From positions 4,825-68,824 of the IMG/VR virus record IMGVR_UViG_3300033121_001345: a DNA stretch of 64,000 nucleotides; one strand, 5' to 3'. Positions 11,177-21,916 of the stretch are shown one piece after another. A program made the translations under genes and the position numbers. Source of the DNA: a virus (lineage: Duplodnaviria; Caudoviricetes). The notes beneath the pieces were generated by a model. The model made no database searches and was not told the DNA's origin. It saw only the letters and a list, made by a program, of their open reading frames with translations. Position 1 is the first letter of the stretch. The number at the start of each line of letters is the position of its first letter.

Positions 11177-11788
11177 TTACTGGTTTTTATTCCTATAAAG
11201 TCCAGCTGTCATTCCACCTATAACAGTGTTTATTGCTCCATCTACACCACCAGCTATAGATGCTGTTCCAGCTGCAAGATTTGCTCTTCCAGCTGCAACT
11301 TCAGATACACCATCATATCTTTTTTCTTGATGCCTCAACAAAGATAACTCAAGTTTTCTTTGTGCTATATCATCAAGTTGCTTTTGGGACATTGTTTCAT
11401 ACTGAAAAGCTCTATTTTCTATATTTCCAAGAATATCATTATAAGCCTGAGATACAGTTCCACCAGCCTTAAGCAATGCGTTAACGTCTGCACCACCTCC
11501 ACTTGCGAGGGTTAATGCTCCATCTTTTATGTTTGCAAAAGTTTGGTCTAAGTTATCCTTCATTGATGAAGCATAAGAACCAGAATACATTGAATCTCTT
11601 TTTCTTTGTATTCTGCTTAAATTATATCGCAATTCAGGGTCTTCCTGACCAGGAATCATTCCTTCTGCTTGTGATATCTTTTTTTCTCCTTCTTCGACTT
11701 GTCTTGCTCCTTCTTTTCTTGCAAGTATTCCACCTATAAGTTCACCAAGAAACTTATATGAAATATTTAAGACTATTATCTTCTTCAT
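11177..11788 (-). CDS. Putative DNA pilot/ejection protein (203 aa)
   Basis: Gly/Ala-rich amphipathic segments (GGGADVNALLKAGG; AAGTASIAGGVDGAINTVIGGM) typical of podovirus ejection proteins; TAATG coupling to the upstream gene. Confidence 0.55.
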   Translation of the reverse strand: MKKIIVLNISYKFLGELIGGILARKEGARQVEEGEKKISQAEGMIPGQEDPELRYNLSRIQRKRDSMYSGSYASSMKDNLDQTFANIKDGALTLASGGGADVNALLKAGGTVSQAYNDILGNIENRAFQYETMSQKQLDDIAQRKLELSLLRHQEKRYDGVSEVAAGRANLAAGTASIAGGVDGAINTVIGGMTAGLYRNKNQ

Positions 11789-14700
11789 TACTTTAGAATT
11801 TTATATTGAATATCAACAGATGTTATAGATATATTGTCCTTACCGTTATACATTATTCTGAATAGAATTTTGTTATCTTGGTATCTTTTCGATGTATATG
11901 GATTTCTTGGTATATAATTAGTATAACCTCCGTACTTATTCATATTATCTCCGCTTATAGAAGAGTGTATTGTATCTTGGTTATCCTTTAAGAAATCTAT
12001 TGATAACTTATCTTTTTCCTCAAGTTCCTTTTGTGTATTTACTTGTATTCTTACAAATTCTTTTTCTTGCTCAAGGTCTTCTTTATCTGGGTTTATAACA
12101 TCTATTATTTCTGCTTTTATGTATTCGCCATTAAGTATGTTTCCAGATTCAAGTTCATAACACTTCATATTTCTAAATCCGTACTTTTTGCCATTAGAAG
12201 TCTGAATTTTATCGAAGATATACTCATTTTCAGAAACCCAAGCTTTTACGTTTTCACGAGTACAATATACAAACACATTACGCACATTTTCAAGTGTTTC
12301 TTTGTTTATTACTTGGACACTCCATTCTGCATCATTTTCAAACTCATTTACTGAAACTACTGTTCTTGTTATTTTAAAGTACTCATCGCCTGCATCTAAT
12401 ATATGTTCTGTAAGTGTACTTGTAGCATCCTCGTATATTCTTACTGTAACATCTTGTGCAACAACTTTTCTTATGTAAAATGATTTATTTAATGTTATAT
12501 CAAGTGGAGAGTTTTCTATTAACTTTAAAAATACTTCGTCTGAAAACTCATCGTTGTACAGAATCTCAAAAAGAATATTATTACAATCAGTTATGTCATA
12601 GTAGTTATTGTTTGTTTCTTCTGGAGTATCAAAGCACATATCATTTGCAACTACTACAGGAAGCTTTGTTATGAATCCATACTCATTAAATTTGTTATCA
12701 TAGAATCCATGTCCTAAGCATTCTAATTCAACTATGTTTCTTCCTGCTTCTGCTGTTCTTTTAAAGAGATTTCCAAATGATTCTTGAACTTCATTTATGA
12801 TACTTTCTCTGTTTCCATCTGTAATATCTTTTACTTTATCTTGTCCTTCTTCAAACATAAATACACCGTTCTTATTTGCATAAAATGCCCTGTTTCCATC
12901 TTCAGCCCAAGTCCATTTATGCAATTTTTGCAATCCCTTTTTAGCACCTATGTTTTGCCATTCTTCCTGATTTATAAACTGAGAATCCGAGTTTCCTGTT
13001 GTTCCTATAATATTTCCAGATGCATCCGAAAGAGTCCTTTTACTGACAAGCAATAATGCTATATCATTTTCGCAGAATGCATACAGATTATCTCCATATC
13101 TATCTGATGATATAAACAGCTTTCTTCCATCTCCAAACTTATCAGATATATCTTTATAATTAAATGGTCTAAATGTTTTAAGATTAGGAGCATTAAAACT
13201 TTGTATTGGTCTTGTCTGTGACCATATTACTCTTGTGCAATATTTTACATTTTTTTCTTGTAAAAAGAATTTTTGGGAAAATACTTTATAGTGCTCTGGA
13301 AGCGTACTGTAATTTGGATTTTTACCTGTTATTTGATTTGTTCTAAATCCACCCATATTCCATTTTTCTTTTTCAGACTCTGTATAATCTGTTAAATAAC
13401 CAGAATGTATATGATTTTCTTGTGTAGTATTAGATACACTCCATACAAGAGGTCTTTCAACGTAAGATATGTTTGGATAAAAGTCACCATACATATATGA
13501 AAGATTAATTCTGGATTGGCATATATAAGACCAAAGCCATTGTCTTATAAAATTAAGACCATGAATCTTTCCAGTTACAAAACCATAGTGAGTTATTCCA
13601 TCCTTTATCCAGCACTTTTTTACATTTTGATTTAACTTATACTGCATAAAAGGCATACCTACTCCAAGCATAAACTGATTTTTGTATTCACTTAGTGATA
13701 CCTGAAATGAGTTATCACCATTATCATCTCTATATTCAGATATATTTCCTCCATTGTTGCACTCTCTGTCTTTATATGTAAATATTGCTCTGTTATGCAT
13801 TATATCTCCTCCAAATACTGAGATAGGGTAATTTTTATTATACATAACAATTACCTTATCTCCAAATCTTATCTTTGTACTGTTCTGTGTATATACAGTA
13901 TATGAATAATCTGTACTTATGTATATAAAGTTTCCTATTGTTTTATATTTTCCATGTATCTTTTTTCCACAATAACTATCTGAATTATTATCAATATCAT
14001 AATCAATAGCGGAAATATCACCTGGAAAATATGTTTCTATTTCTGTGATATTTATGAAATTAAGCATAACATTGTTTCTTTCTATAAAAATAAAATTTAT
14101 ATCCTTTTTAGTTTTTCTTACTTTATAATCCTCTACTCTCTCGTCTACACATTCAAATACCTGTGTATCATCATTGTTGCAAAGCCCAACTGTAGATTTT
14201 ATTTTTATATAGTTTATAGGTGCTTGATATTTTACTAATGACTCATCTTTTATTTCTGCAGAATCATTTATTATATTTACTATATATACATGCTCATGAA
14301 ATTTTTTTACTTCTTGTTGTGACCAATGCCTTGCTGTAAAGTCAACTATGTCTTTATTCATCCAAACATCATCCTCCACTTCAATTTCAAGATAAAAAGA
14401 ATTATTTTCTATTATTTTTGAAACAGATACTATATTTGTTTTAAATCCATCAGAACTTGGTAGTTGGTTTAAAAACATAGAAAGTGATGTTATTATACTT
14501 CCTTTCATAGCCCTATTTCCCCCAAAATATGCATACTTGTCAGTCCATACTGTTCCATCATCAAGTCCAACCATTGAGCCTGTCATTAAATCTTCATTTT
14601 GGCAAACAGCGTGTGTAACCATGTCTATCTGATGTGATAAATTAACTGCCGTAGTGTCAAAAGATGTTCCTGTATTTAATGATGATTTTGATGCATGCAT

Positions 14701-16824
14701 AACGTCAGAAAAAAATGCTAATGGCTCTATAAACTGAAGTTTATATGCAGATGGGTCTGAGATTAAAGATTCTATAAAAGATTCACTAATAAATCCGCTT
14801 TCTATATCTGGACAGTGTACATGTACAATTTTCTTTGATTTTTTTACTGCCTGTCTTAATGTATGTATATCATCAAAGACTAAAACATCTTTTGTTATAT
14901 CTGTCTTTGTATCTGATGGTAAATTACCTGTCTTAATATCAAAAGTCCATCCATCAATACCAGATGTTATATTTTCAAGCATTGCTTGCCCTTTTTCTTC
15001 GAGAGGATAAACTGCTATTCCTTGTGCTATTACTCTTTTTGCGGAATTTGTTTTAAGTATTGAAAACGCTTTACACCAATCTGGAAAATTATCTATTCCG
15101 TATATTGATAATCCAAGTGATTGAAATACTGGGCTAAATCCATCTGGAGAATAATCTACCTGAAGGTATCCTTCTGTTGATACATTTGTAGAGCCAAGAA
15201 CATTTCTTCCTTTGTATCTTTTATCATAATCAGAAACAGGTGTTCTTGGTTTATAGTTAGGTGTATATTCTCCGTCAAGTATGTTTATTTCGTCCGTGTT
15301 ATCTATTGGGTTTCCTATATCTATATTTGTATTAAGTACTACTTCAAATACCTTTTCAACTATATTAGTGTCTTGACTTGGTAATTCAAAGAAACTATTT
15401 GGAGATATATTATTAACAGTTTCTTCTATTTCATTAAGATATAATGTATTATTTTCAGACATCGTATATCCATCAAGATTTTTTCTTTTGTCTGGGAATT
15501 TATAATTTTTTAGCCTTTCTATAGGTATTGATAATATTTTTTGCATATTTTCATCCCATAATACTATAGAATAAGTTTCTATCTCTCCATTTAAATTAGA
15601 CCTGTAATAACAAGAGTTTTTTGCATCTTTATGACCACTGCTTCCAAGAAATTTAAGTACTGGATTTGCTATTTCATTATCTATTTCTGTAAATTCAAGA
15701 TTAATATTACTCTCTGTTGTATCTTCATATTCTATATTTAACAGTACTATTTTATTTTTAAAATATCTTATTGACTCGGCTCTTTTTATTATTGACGATA
15801 CGTTTAATACGTCGTCATCTGTTGATAATTTTATTTCGTCTGTCTCGTTATCTTTTGAGTCTATTATCTCTATTACATTGAATTGGTTATTACTTATGTT
15901 TATTTTTTGAACTATAGATGACAAAGGACTATATCCATAACCTTCTCCATTGTTATATGATATTCTTTTTAACTCTATATAATCATAGCACTGTTCATTA
16001 TCTACTCTTAATTTTAATATCGGTGAATATTTTGTTCTTATACTATTATCTCCATCTTTACCTTTTGTTCCTGTAAAATTAAAAATAGTATTTTGCTGTG
16101 TTTCTACATTAAATGGTACTATTATTAGTGGTGTTGGTATGCTCCAATTTGTTCGTTCTCCGTTTTCTGTAACAGCCCTATATTGATAGCTATACTGACC
16201 ACCTGGAAGACCATTTAGACCTTGTGTATCTTTTAGTCCAATAAAAACTAAAGAGTTCATTGGACTAAGTGTATTTATTGTGTAGTTCTTGTAATCAAAA
16301 TCTTCAAAGTATTTATCAGTACCAGCATTAAAGTTATCTATAATATCCTGTATGTTAAAATACATAGGAGGAAGATTATTGTCAGTTATATATAACTCTC
16401 CACCTAAGCAATTCTCATTTTTATCATGGTCAAAAGGATGTATGTGACGAACAGGGAATTTATCGCTTGATAGCATAACTGTATCATCTATAGCCATTAC
16501 TCCATTTGTAGGACTTGTCTCAGACCAATCTATAGACGCCCATATAGTTACCTTATGAGAGTTTATGTTTGTTTCAAGTATGCAGATATATCTTTCATTA
16601 TCTTCAGCATAAGTATGTATTAATCTTTCTCCTCCTATTCTTTCTGCAGCCGAAGAGTTCTTTTTTGATGAAACTCTTATATTTTTACCTCTTAAGTATT
16701 TGTCCTGATTTACAACACCTGCAATTTCGTTAGTATTGTCAGCACTTATACCTCCACCATAGAACTTTGTATATTCCTTGTGGTTTTCTGGTCTTTTATT
16801 ACCTATGTTTCTATCTTTTGCCAT
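11788..16824 (-). CDS. Tail nozzle/stabilisation-type protein (1,678 aa)
   Basis: Large beta-rich ORF after the ring genes; N-terminal GGISAD...YLRGKNIRV resembles P22 gp10/crAss-like stabilisation proteins. Confidence 0.6.
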   Translation of the reverse strand: MAKDRNIGNKRPENHKEYTKFYGGGISADNTNEIAGVVNQDKYLRGKNIRVSSKKNSSAAERIGGERLIHTYAEDNERYICILETNINSHKVTIWASIDWSETSPTNGVMAIDDTVMLSSDKFPVRHIHPFDHDKNENCLGGELYITDNNLPPMYFNIQDIIDNFNAGTDKYFEDFDYKNYTINTLSPMNSLVFIGLKDTQGLNGLPGGQYSYQYRAVTENGERTNWSIPTPLIIVPFNVETQQNTIFNFTGTKGKDGDNSIRTKYSPILKLRVDNEQCYDYIELKRISYNNGEGYGYSPLSSIVQKINISNNQFNVIEIIDSKDNETDEIKLSTDDDVLNVSSIIKRAESIRYFKNKIVLLNIEYEDTTESNINLEFTEIDNEIANPVLKFLGSSGHKDAKNSCYYRSNLNGEIETYSIVLWDENMQKILSIPIERLKNYKFPDKRKNLDGYTMSENNTLYLNEIEETVNNISPNSFFELPSQDTNIVEKVFEVVLNTNIDIGNPIDNTDEINILDGEYTPNYKPRTPVSDYDKRYKGRNVLGSTNVSTEGYLQVDYSPDGFSPVFQSLGLSIYGIDNFPDWCKAFSILKTNSAKRVIAQGIAVYPLEEKGQAMLENITSGIDGWTFDIKTGNLPSDTKTDITKDVLVFDDIHTLRQAVKKSKKIVHVHCPDIESGFISESFIESLISDPSAYKLQFIEPLAFFSDVMHASKSSLNTGTSFDTTAVNLSHQIDMVTHAVCQNEDLMTGSMVGLDDGTVWTDKYAYFGGNRAMKGSIITSLSMFLNQLPSSDGFKTNIVSVSKIIENNSFYLEIEVEDDVWMNKDIVDFTARHWSQQEVKKFHEHVYIVNIINDSAEIKDESLVKYQAPINYIKIKSTVGLCNNDDTQVFECVDERVEDYKVRKTKKDINFIFIERNNVMLNFINITEIETYFPGDISAIDYDIDNNSDSYCGKKIHGKYKTIGNFIYISTDYSYTVYTQNSTKIRFGDKVIVMYNKNYPISVFGGDIMHNRAIFTYKDRECNNGGNISEYRDDNGDNSFQVSLSEYKNQFMLGVGMPFMQYKLNQNVKKCWIKDGITHYGFVTGKIHGLNFIRQWLWSYICQSRINLSYMYGDFYPNISYVERPLVWSVSNTTQENHIHSGYLTDYTESEKEKWNMGGFRTNQITGKNPNYSTLPEHYKVFSQKFFLQEKNVKYCTRVIWSQTRPIQSFNAPNLKTFRPFNYKDISDKFGDGRKLFISSDRYGDNLYAFCENDIALLLVSKRTLSDASGNIIGTTGNSDSQFINQEEWQNIGAKKGLQKLHKWTWAEDGNRAFYANKNGVFMFEEGQDKVKDITDGNRESIINEVQESFGNLFKRTAEAGRNIVELECLGHGFYDNKFNEYGFITKLPVVVANDMCFDTPEETNNNYYDITDCNNILFEILYNDEFSDEVFLKLIENSPLDITLNKSFYIRKVVAQDVTVRIYEDATSTLTEHILDAGDEYFKITRTVVSVNEFENDAEWSVQVINKETLENVRNVFVYCTRENVKAWVSENEYIFDKIQTSNGKKYGFRNMKCYELESGNILNGEYIKAEIIDVINPDKEDLEQEKEFVRIQVNTQKELEEKDKLSIDFLKDNQDTIHSSISGDNMNKYGGYTNYIPRNPYTSKRYQDNKILFRIMYNGKDNISITSVDIQYKILK

Positions 16825-17597
16825 TATATATTATAGTCAGCGTTTGAGAAATATTCCATCATTGAATCTCTTTGGAACTTATCCATTGATGATATTCTTC
16901 TTTTGCATTCAAGTAGTGTTCCCTTTGCCCTTCCGTATCCAAAGAATTTTGAATAAGAATCTTGATAATCTACTCTGAATGATTTGTCTCTTACTTTTAA
17001 ATACTCAAATGTGTCAAGCTTTGCTTTATCGAGTATTCCATCATAGATAATTCTTGGAATACATGGTATATCTCCATTCTTTGAACCCATACCATTATAG
17101 ATTATTCTTATGCCAGAATAGCTATCATACTCTCCATCAAGTATTATTCTTCCCGATTGTATATTTGCAGTTATAAGTCCTGGTGTTGTAGCAGTTATTC
17201 TGTTTTTATAATCAAAATAACCACCTCCATCTACAGGGTCATTTGTGTTTTTTCTTATTCGAGATGTCCTTGCTTTTGATGTTCCGTAAGCAAGATTTCT
17301 TTTCCAGTGAACAGTTACTATATCAGTAACTTCTTCGTTCGACATATTATACAGATATATTTCCCTTATATTAAAAGCATTTACTGGTATACTTATTACT
17401 CCACTTCTATCGAAGTTGTTTATGTCCTTTACAACTGTTTGATAAAATGTCTCTAATCCAAAGTATGTTACAGCACCATGTATTCTTGATATATAGAAAC
17501 CCTTATCAAGACCACTTCTTGTGTACCCTTCATCATTACAAGCTGTAACTAAATCTGATAAAGCCTGTTCTACCGATATAAATTCAGATGATTCCAT
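16824..17597 (-). CDS. Tail ring/adaptor protein (257 aa)
   Basis: Position in the head-tail module; size and N-terminal helical pattern similar to neighbouring ring-type genes. Confidence 0.5.
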   Translation of the reverse strand: MESSEFISVEQALSDLVTACNDEGYTRSGLDKGFYISRIHGAVTYFGLETFYQTVVKDINNFDRSGVISIPVNAFNIREIYLYNMSNEEVTDIVTVHWKRNLAYGTSKARTSRIRKNTNDPVDGGGYFDYKNRITATTPGLITANIQSGRIILDGEYDSYSGIRIIYNGMGSKNGDIPCIPRIIYDGILDKAKLDTFEYLKVRDKSFRVDYQDSYSKFFGYGRAKGTLLECKRRISSMDKFQRDSMMEYFSNADYNI

Positions 17598-17721
17598 CGT
17601 TTAAAATGCGTTTTAATCGGTTTAAAATATTGTTTGATATATAATGTACCAATAACGTATAAAACAACCAATTTTATGGCTTTTTGTACGCTATAATGGT
17701 GATTTGAAAGCATATTTTATA

Positions 17722-18456
17722 TTATTGTTGAGCCTGTTGTGGCGTATCTGAATCTTGTTGTATAGGTGCAACTCCAACAGGTTTACTTCCTTGATTAGAT
17801 GTATCGCTTCCATCATTTTTCTTGTCTGACTGAATCATAAATCCAAACCTTGCAAGATTTAAAACCTCAAAATAAAGTATTTTTTCTTGTTCTGGATTAA
17901 TATCAACTTCTGTATCAAGGTCGCAAACAGTATCTGAACTTTCTGTTGAATATATATACATATCAACTTTATCAACATTAACACACTCTATCCCAGCATA
18001 TACTATTGCTTCCTTTAGTTCTCCATCTATATTTATTCTGTTTCTGTAAAAGTATGGATTTGAAGGACTTGGCTTTCTGTATGGATTTCCATAAAGAGTT
18101 ACCACCTGCCTTGTGGTCGTTCTGTTAAATGGATTCTGTAAAGGGTCTTCGCATCCACAGAGATTTGAATCTGATGCAGTATAGCATACTGTATCAATTC
18201 CTATATCATTATCAAGGTCAACTATTGGTGCTGGTAAAAGTGTGTACTTTCTTCCTGTTTGCGTGTGCGTTAAAACAAGTACATCAGGGAAATATGTAAG
18301 ATAAGCATCTGACTTTGATTTCTTAATCCTTTCATACTTAAGTCTTTTTGCTATTATATTTACCCAATAAACTATCTGAGGTATAGTAATATCTGCATCA
18401 TCAAACGTTTGCTTGATTTGTTTTTGTATTGAGTAACATATGTATCTGTATGTCAT
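17722..18456 (-). CDS. Tail ring/adaptor protein (244 aa)
   Basis: Resembles crAss-like ring proteins (ITIPQIVYWVNIIAKRL...KYTLLPAPIVDL...EVDI); position in module. Confidence 0.5.
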   Translation of the reverse strand: MTYRYICYSIQKQIKQTFDDADITIPQIVYWVNIIAKRLKYERIKKSKSDAYLTYFPDVLVLTHTQTGRKYTLLPAPIVDLDNDIGIDTVCYTASDSNLCGCEDPLQNPFNRTTTRQVVTLYGNPYRKPSPSNPYFYRNRINIDGELKEAIVYAGIECVNVDKVDMYIYSTESSDTVCDLDTEVDINPEQEKILYFEVLNLARFGFMIQSDKKNDGSDTSNQGSKPVGVAPIQQDSDTPQQAQQ

Positions 18457-19610
18457 TATCTAAATATTTCTATTATACTCTTTATTTCTACTTGTGTTAA
18501 CTCAAATATATTAGTTCCGTCTCCTTGTTGATAAGATATGTAGTTAAGACACTTATCAACAAAAAAGTTAAATAGTTTAGGATGCAACTGTATCTCGTCT
18601 CCTTGGTCTGATATCTCAGCAGGAGTTTCTACTACAAATAATGTACAGTATTTTTGATTAAGATAAGGTCGTATCGTTATCTCATAATCTCTTGATGATG
18701 TTTTTATTCCTCCATCTATAAAAAACTTCTCGTATGTTCCATGATTAGATTTAAACCCTGAAAGCATATAAACAAATCCAGAGTTTACTCCACTTAAAGG
18801 ATTTGTTATAAAGAATTTTGTTCTATTATAAAGATTCGTGTATTGGTCAGTTTGAAACCTAAGCATGTTTCCTTCTCTTGTAACAGTTATTCCACTTCCA
18901 GCCAATACAGTATTTGCATAGACTTTCATATTTTCAGCAGTAAGAGATAAATTTGCACCTATAGCTGTATTGTCTTCAAATATCCAAGAATACGTTGTAT
19001 TGTTAAGTGTAAATGATATTGACTCTTGTCCTTCAGGAGTTGGTTGCTTTAGAAGTAAAACTTCTAATACACCATAAGCACCATTAATTTTAGGATAATA
19101 GTTGTATGGATTTAGATATGCGAACTGAACATTATCATTACTTCCATACTCCATAGAAGCACACTGTGTTACTGTATTACCTGCCTCAAATGGATTTCCT
19201 TTATTTGATTCCCACTCTTCTTTTGTAAGTCTTTTTGCAAAATAATATGTATCTATATGTCTTCTGTCTGGTCTGTAGTATGAACGTTTACTATCTGTAA
19301 GTTCTACTTCATCTACTCCATCTATCGCTTCTGTTAGTGGTAATGGATTTACAGATACTATAGACCATATATTATCGTCAATAAGTATTCTTGATAACTC
19401 TGATGTTGTATATACTCTTGCTGTAGATAAATCCGCAAGCACCTCTTCACTCATTTTATTTTGAGCAAAAGCATAATTAACAAGATTAACTATGTACTTT
19501 ATAGATTCATTAATAGCTTGCTTATAATTTTTGTCAAAGCTATAATAATCAGAGCCCTTGGCATCAAGTCTGACATCAAGGGCTTCAATTACTGATTGTA
19601 CTGTAAACAT
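18456..19610 (-). CDS. Tail ring/neck protein (384 aa)
   Basis: Coupled to the next gene; ring-protein-like N- and C-terminal segments with a central insertion. Confidence 0.5.
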   Translation of the reverse strand: MFTVQSVIEALDVRLDAKGSDYYSFDKNYKQAINESIKYIVNLVNYAFAQNKMSEEVLADLSTARVYTTSELSRILIDDNIWSIVSVNPLPLTEAIDGVDEVELTDSKRSYYRPDRRHIDTYYFAKRLTKEEWESNKGNPFEAGNTVTQCASMEYGSNDNVQFAYLNPYNYYPKINGAYGVLEVLLLKQPTPEGQESISFTLNNTTYSWIFEDNTAIGANLSLTAENMKVYANTVLAGSGITVTREGNMLRFQTDQYTNLYNRTKFFITNPLSGVNSGFVYMLSGFKSNHGTYEKFFIDGGIKTSSRDYEITIRPYLNQKYCTLFVVETPAEISDQGDEIQLHPKLFNFFVDKCLNYISYQQGDGTNIFELTQVEIKSIIEIFR

Positions 19611-19625
19611 CTATTCTTTTTGACT

Positions 19626-20519
19626 TTAAGAGTAAACTTTGCTTGCTACTCCAGATTCCTTATTGCGTATTTGTTGTGATATTTCAGTATCCTGTACGTC
19701 ACTTAATCTCAGCTGTGATTCGTGTTTCTGAAGTTCTTCAGCCATTTTATGTGCGATTCTTTTTCTTAATGTGTTAAAGTCGTTTGTGTCAACCTTAATG
19801 TTAAGTTCCATACATTTCTGCTTAACCTGAAACTCGTTGTACTGAGATACCTTTGTATAAGACGAAACAACTTTGTCTATTAAGTCATTAGAGTATGTTG
19901 TTGATGAGTCAAGTCTCTCAAAGTATTGAATACCAAAAAGACTGTGATTTCTTACAAACTCAGCTTGTGATTTAGACCAAACATAAGCCATACACTGTGT
20001 TACGACTTTTCCTTTTGTTCCAGGCTGTACATACCTTAAGAATGGTGTAAACTTTATTGGATTGTGAGGTGCATTAACAGTTAGTCCTTTTACAACATCG
20101 TCATAAATAACTGTAGCTGCACAAAAAGCAAAAAACATTACTGGTTTTTCAAGGATATCCTCAAGTGGTAATGTTTCTTTCGTATATGCCATAGAACTTA
20201 CGAGTCCTCTTCTTTCGTTTTTTGATGATAGTGCTTTTGATATAGCTTCAGCAAGCAAAGTAGAATCTACTGTTTTTGCGTTGTTATCATTAGCGAGTCT
20301 TTCAGCGATTTGCATGAATGACTTCAAAACAGACATAGGAACTCCTACTATTTCTGCTTCTTGTTTGTTTTCTTCTTTTACTACTTTATCTTCTGTTGAT
20401 TCAACTGGAGTCTGTGTTACAGTGCTTTGATTAGCCTGTATTGACGGTGTTTCCTTTTTAGCATCACCTAAAAATGGATTTGTTTCTTTAAATGAAACCG
20501 ATAGTGTAATTTTCTTCAT
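19626..20519 (-). CDS. Virion/head-associated protein (297 aa)
   Basis: Directly downstream of the MCP terminator; carries the shared N-terminal leader (LSVSFKE). Confidence 0.5.
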   Translation of the reverse strand: MKKITLSVSFKETNPFLGDAKKETPSIQANQSTVTQTPVESTEDKVVKEENKQEAEIVGVPMSVLKSFMQIAERLANDNNAKTVDSTLLAEAISKALSSKNERRGLVSSMAYTKETLPLEDILEKPVMFFAFCAATVIYDDVVKGLTVNAPHNPIKFTPFLRYVQPGTKGKVVTQCMAYVWSKSQAEFVRNHSLFGIQYFERLDSSTTYSNDLIDKVVSSYTKVSQYNEFQVKQKCMELNIKVDTNDFNTLRKRIAHKMAEELQKHESQLRLSDVQDTEISQQIRNKESGVASKVYS

Positions 20520-20538
20520 TTTGTATTTTTAAGTTGTT

Positions 20539-20574
20539 AAAAAATGCTCCCTGTATTTTTATTATACAGGGAGC
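20539..20574 (-). terminator. Rho-independent terminator after the major capsid gene
   Basis: 10-bp stem GCTCCCTGTA/TACAGGGAGC (20546-20574) followed by a T-run on the minus strand. Confidence 0.85.
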
Positions 20575-20586
20575 TGTTGTTACCTA

Positions 20587-21915
20587 CTATGGAAGGTTCG
20601 TAATGTCAATCCATCCTGACGCAAGAGGATTGTTAAACTCGATAGAGGTTGTTGCTGAAATCCAAGAATCAACATAATTCTGAAGGTTTCCACCATTTAC
20701 CCTTTTCAAAGTATCTCCCATTTCCTCTGGGAATACATATTTTGGAGTAATGCTTTCCATATCAACAAGTAAGCCTTTAGACCTCCATGAAGATGGGAAG
20801 CAAGATGGTTCTTCAAAGCGTTTTACTGGAACAAACACAATGTTTGAAGAGCCCATATCAATACCACTCAGACCTAATCTTGCGATTGAATCATTTGGTG
20901 TGTATCGAGTAAGGTCTCTTTTGTATTGGTCTGACAAGTAGTGAATCACTCTTGGTGTTGCGAAGAAGAATCTTGTTGCACCATGCTCTCCGTACTCTGT
21001 ACTTAATGCCAATTCCTCTAATGCTCCTGGTGCGTTGGCAAGCGTTACGCTTGTGTGTGCAGAACCAGCTTGTTGCATGATAGGGAAAACACCACCAGCA
21101 GTTTTTGCTTTCAGACCATTTGCAAGAGTAACCTCTGCTTGATGTCCGTTCCAGAAAATGTTACCAAGTGATGTTCTGAACTGACGGTACATTACTTTCT
21201 TTTGGAACTCGATGTATCCAGAAAGATTTGATGTTCCTTGATATTTCGCAAGTTCCATCTTTCCAAAACGCATAGCTTTTACAAGCATCTGAACGTAATT
21301 GCTTCTTTCGATAGTGTCGTATCTAACGTAGTTAGAGATGTCTGACATACCATCTGCTTCAACAGGAGATAAGTACGCAAATACATTAGCACCTGCTGCA
21401 CCTGCTGGAATTGCAGGTAATACCTCTCCTGTTTCTGCAGTTACTACGATTGTAGCACCAGCACCAGATGGTGTTACACTTGTAATTGTTCCTCTCTCAT
21501 TTCCGCTGTAAATGATAATCATATCCTTAGATACGTTATTTTTGTTCAGAATCGGAATTGACTGTGTTGCACCAGCGGCAATACCACCGCCACCGATTGT
21601 ATCACAAAGGATAGGGTCTCTTCCAAAAGATGCTTCGTTGTAGAAGAATTCATCACTTGGTGTACGTTCAGGCGTTTTAAGTGACAAAATTTTCAGGTCA
21701 AGGTACTGCTTAGGTGCTGCATCGTAAATGATGCTTCTAACAACCTTATTTAAGACAGTTGAAACATCGTGTCCAAAAGCAGCGGCGTACTGAGAGCCAA
21801 CAGGGTTCATGTTGGCATTTTGAAACCTTCCAGATGGAGTTGCACCTGGTGTGTAGTTTGTAGCCATATCTTGAAATGCGATAGGCAATAATAATAATCT
21901 GTTAATCTTTTTCAT
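20587..21915 (-). CDS. Major capsid protein (HK97 fold, SU10/DUF5309-like)
   Basis: 442 aa, downstream of portal and scaffold, followed by a strong terminator; RSNYVQML and TxGGV-type motifs. Confidence 0.8.
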   Translation of the reverse strand: MKKINRLLLLPIAFQDMATNYTPGATPSGRFQNANMNPVGSQYAAAFGHDVSTVLNKVVRSIIYDAAPKQYLDLKILSLKTPERTPSDEFFYNEASFGRDPILCDTIGGGGIAAGATQSIPILNKNNVSKDMIIIYSGNERGTITSVTPSGAGATIVVTAETGEVLPAIPAGAAGANVFAYLSPVEADGMSDISNYVRYDTIERSNYVQMLVKAMRFGKMELAKYQGTSNLSGYIEFQKKVMYRQFRTSLGNIFWNGHQAEVTLANGLKAKTAGGVFPIMQQAGSAHTSVTLANAPGALEELALSTEYGEHGATRFFFATPRVIHYLSDQYKRDLTRYTPNDSIARLGLSGIDMGSSNIVFVPVKRFEEPSCFPSSWRSKGLLVDMESITPKYVFPEEMGDTLKRVNGGNLQNYVDSWISATTSIEFNNPLASGWIDITNLP

Positions 21916-21916
21916 T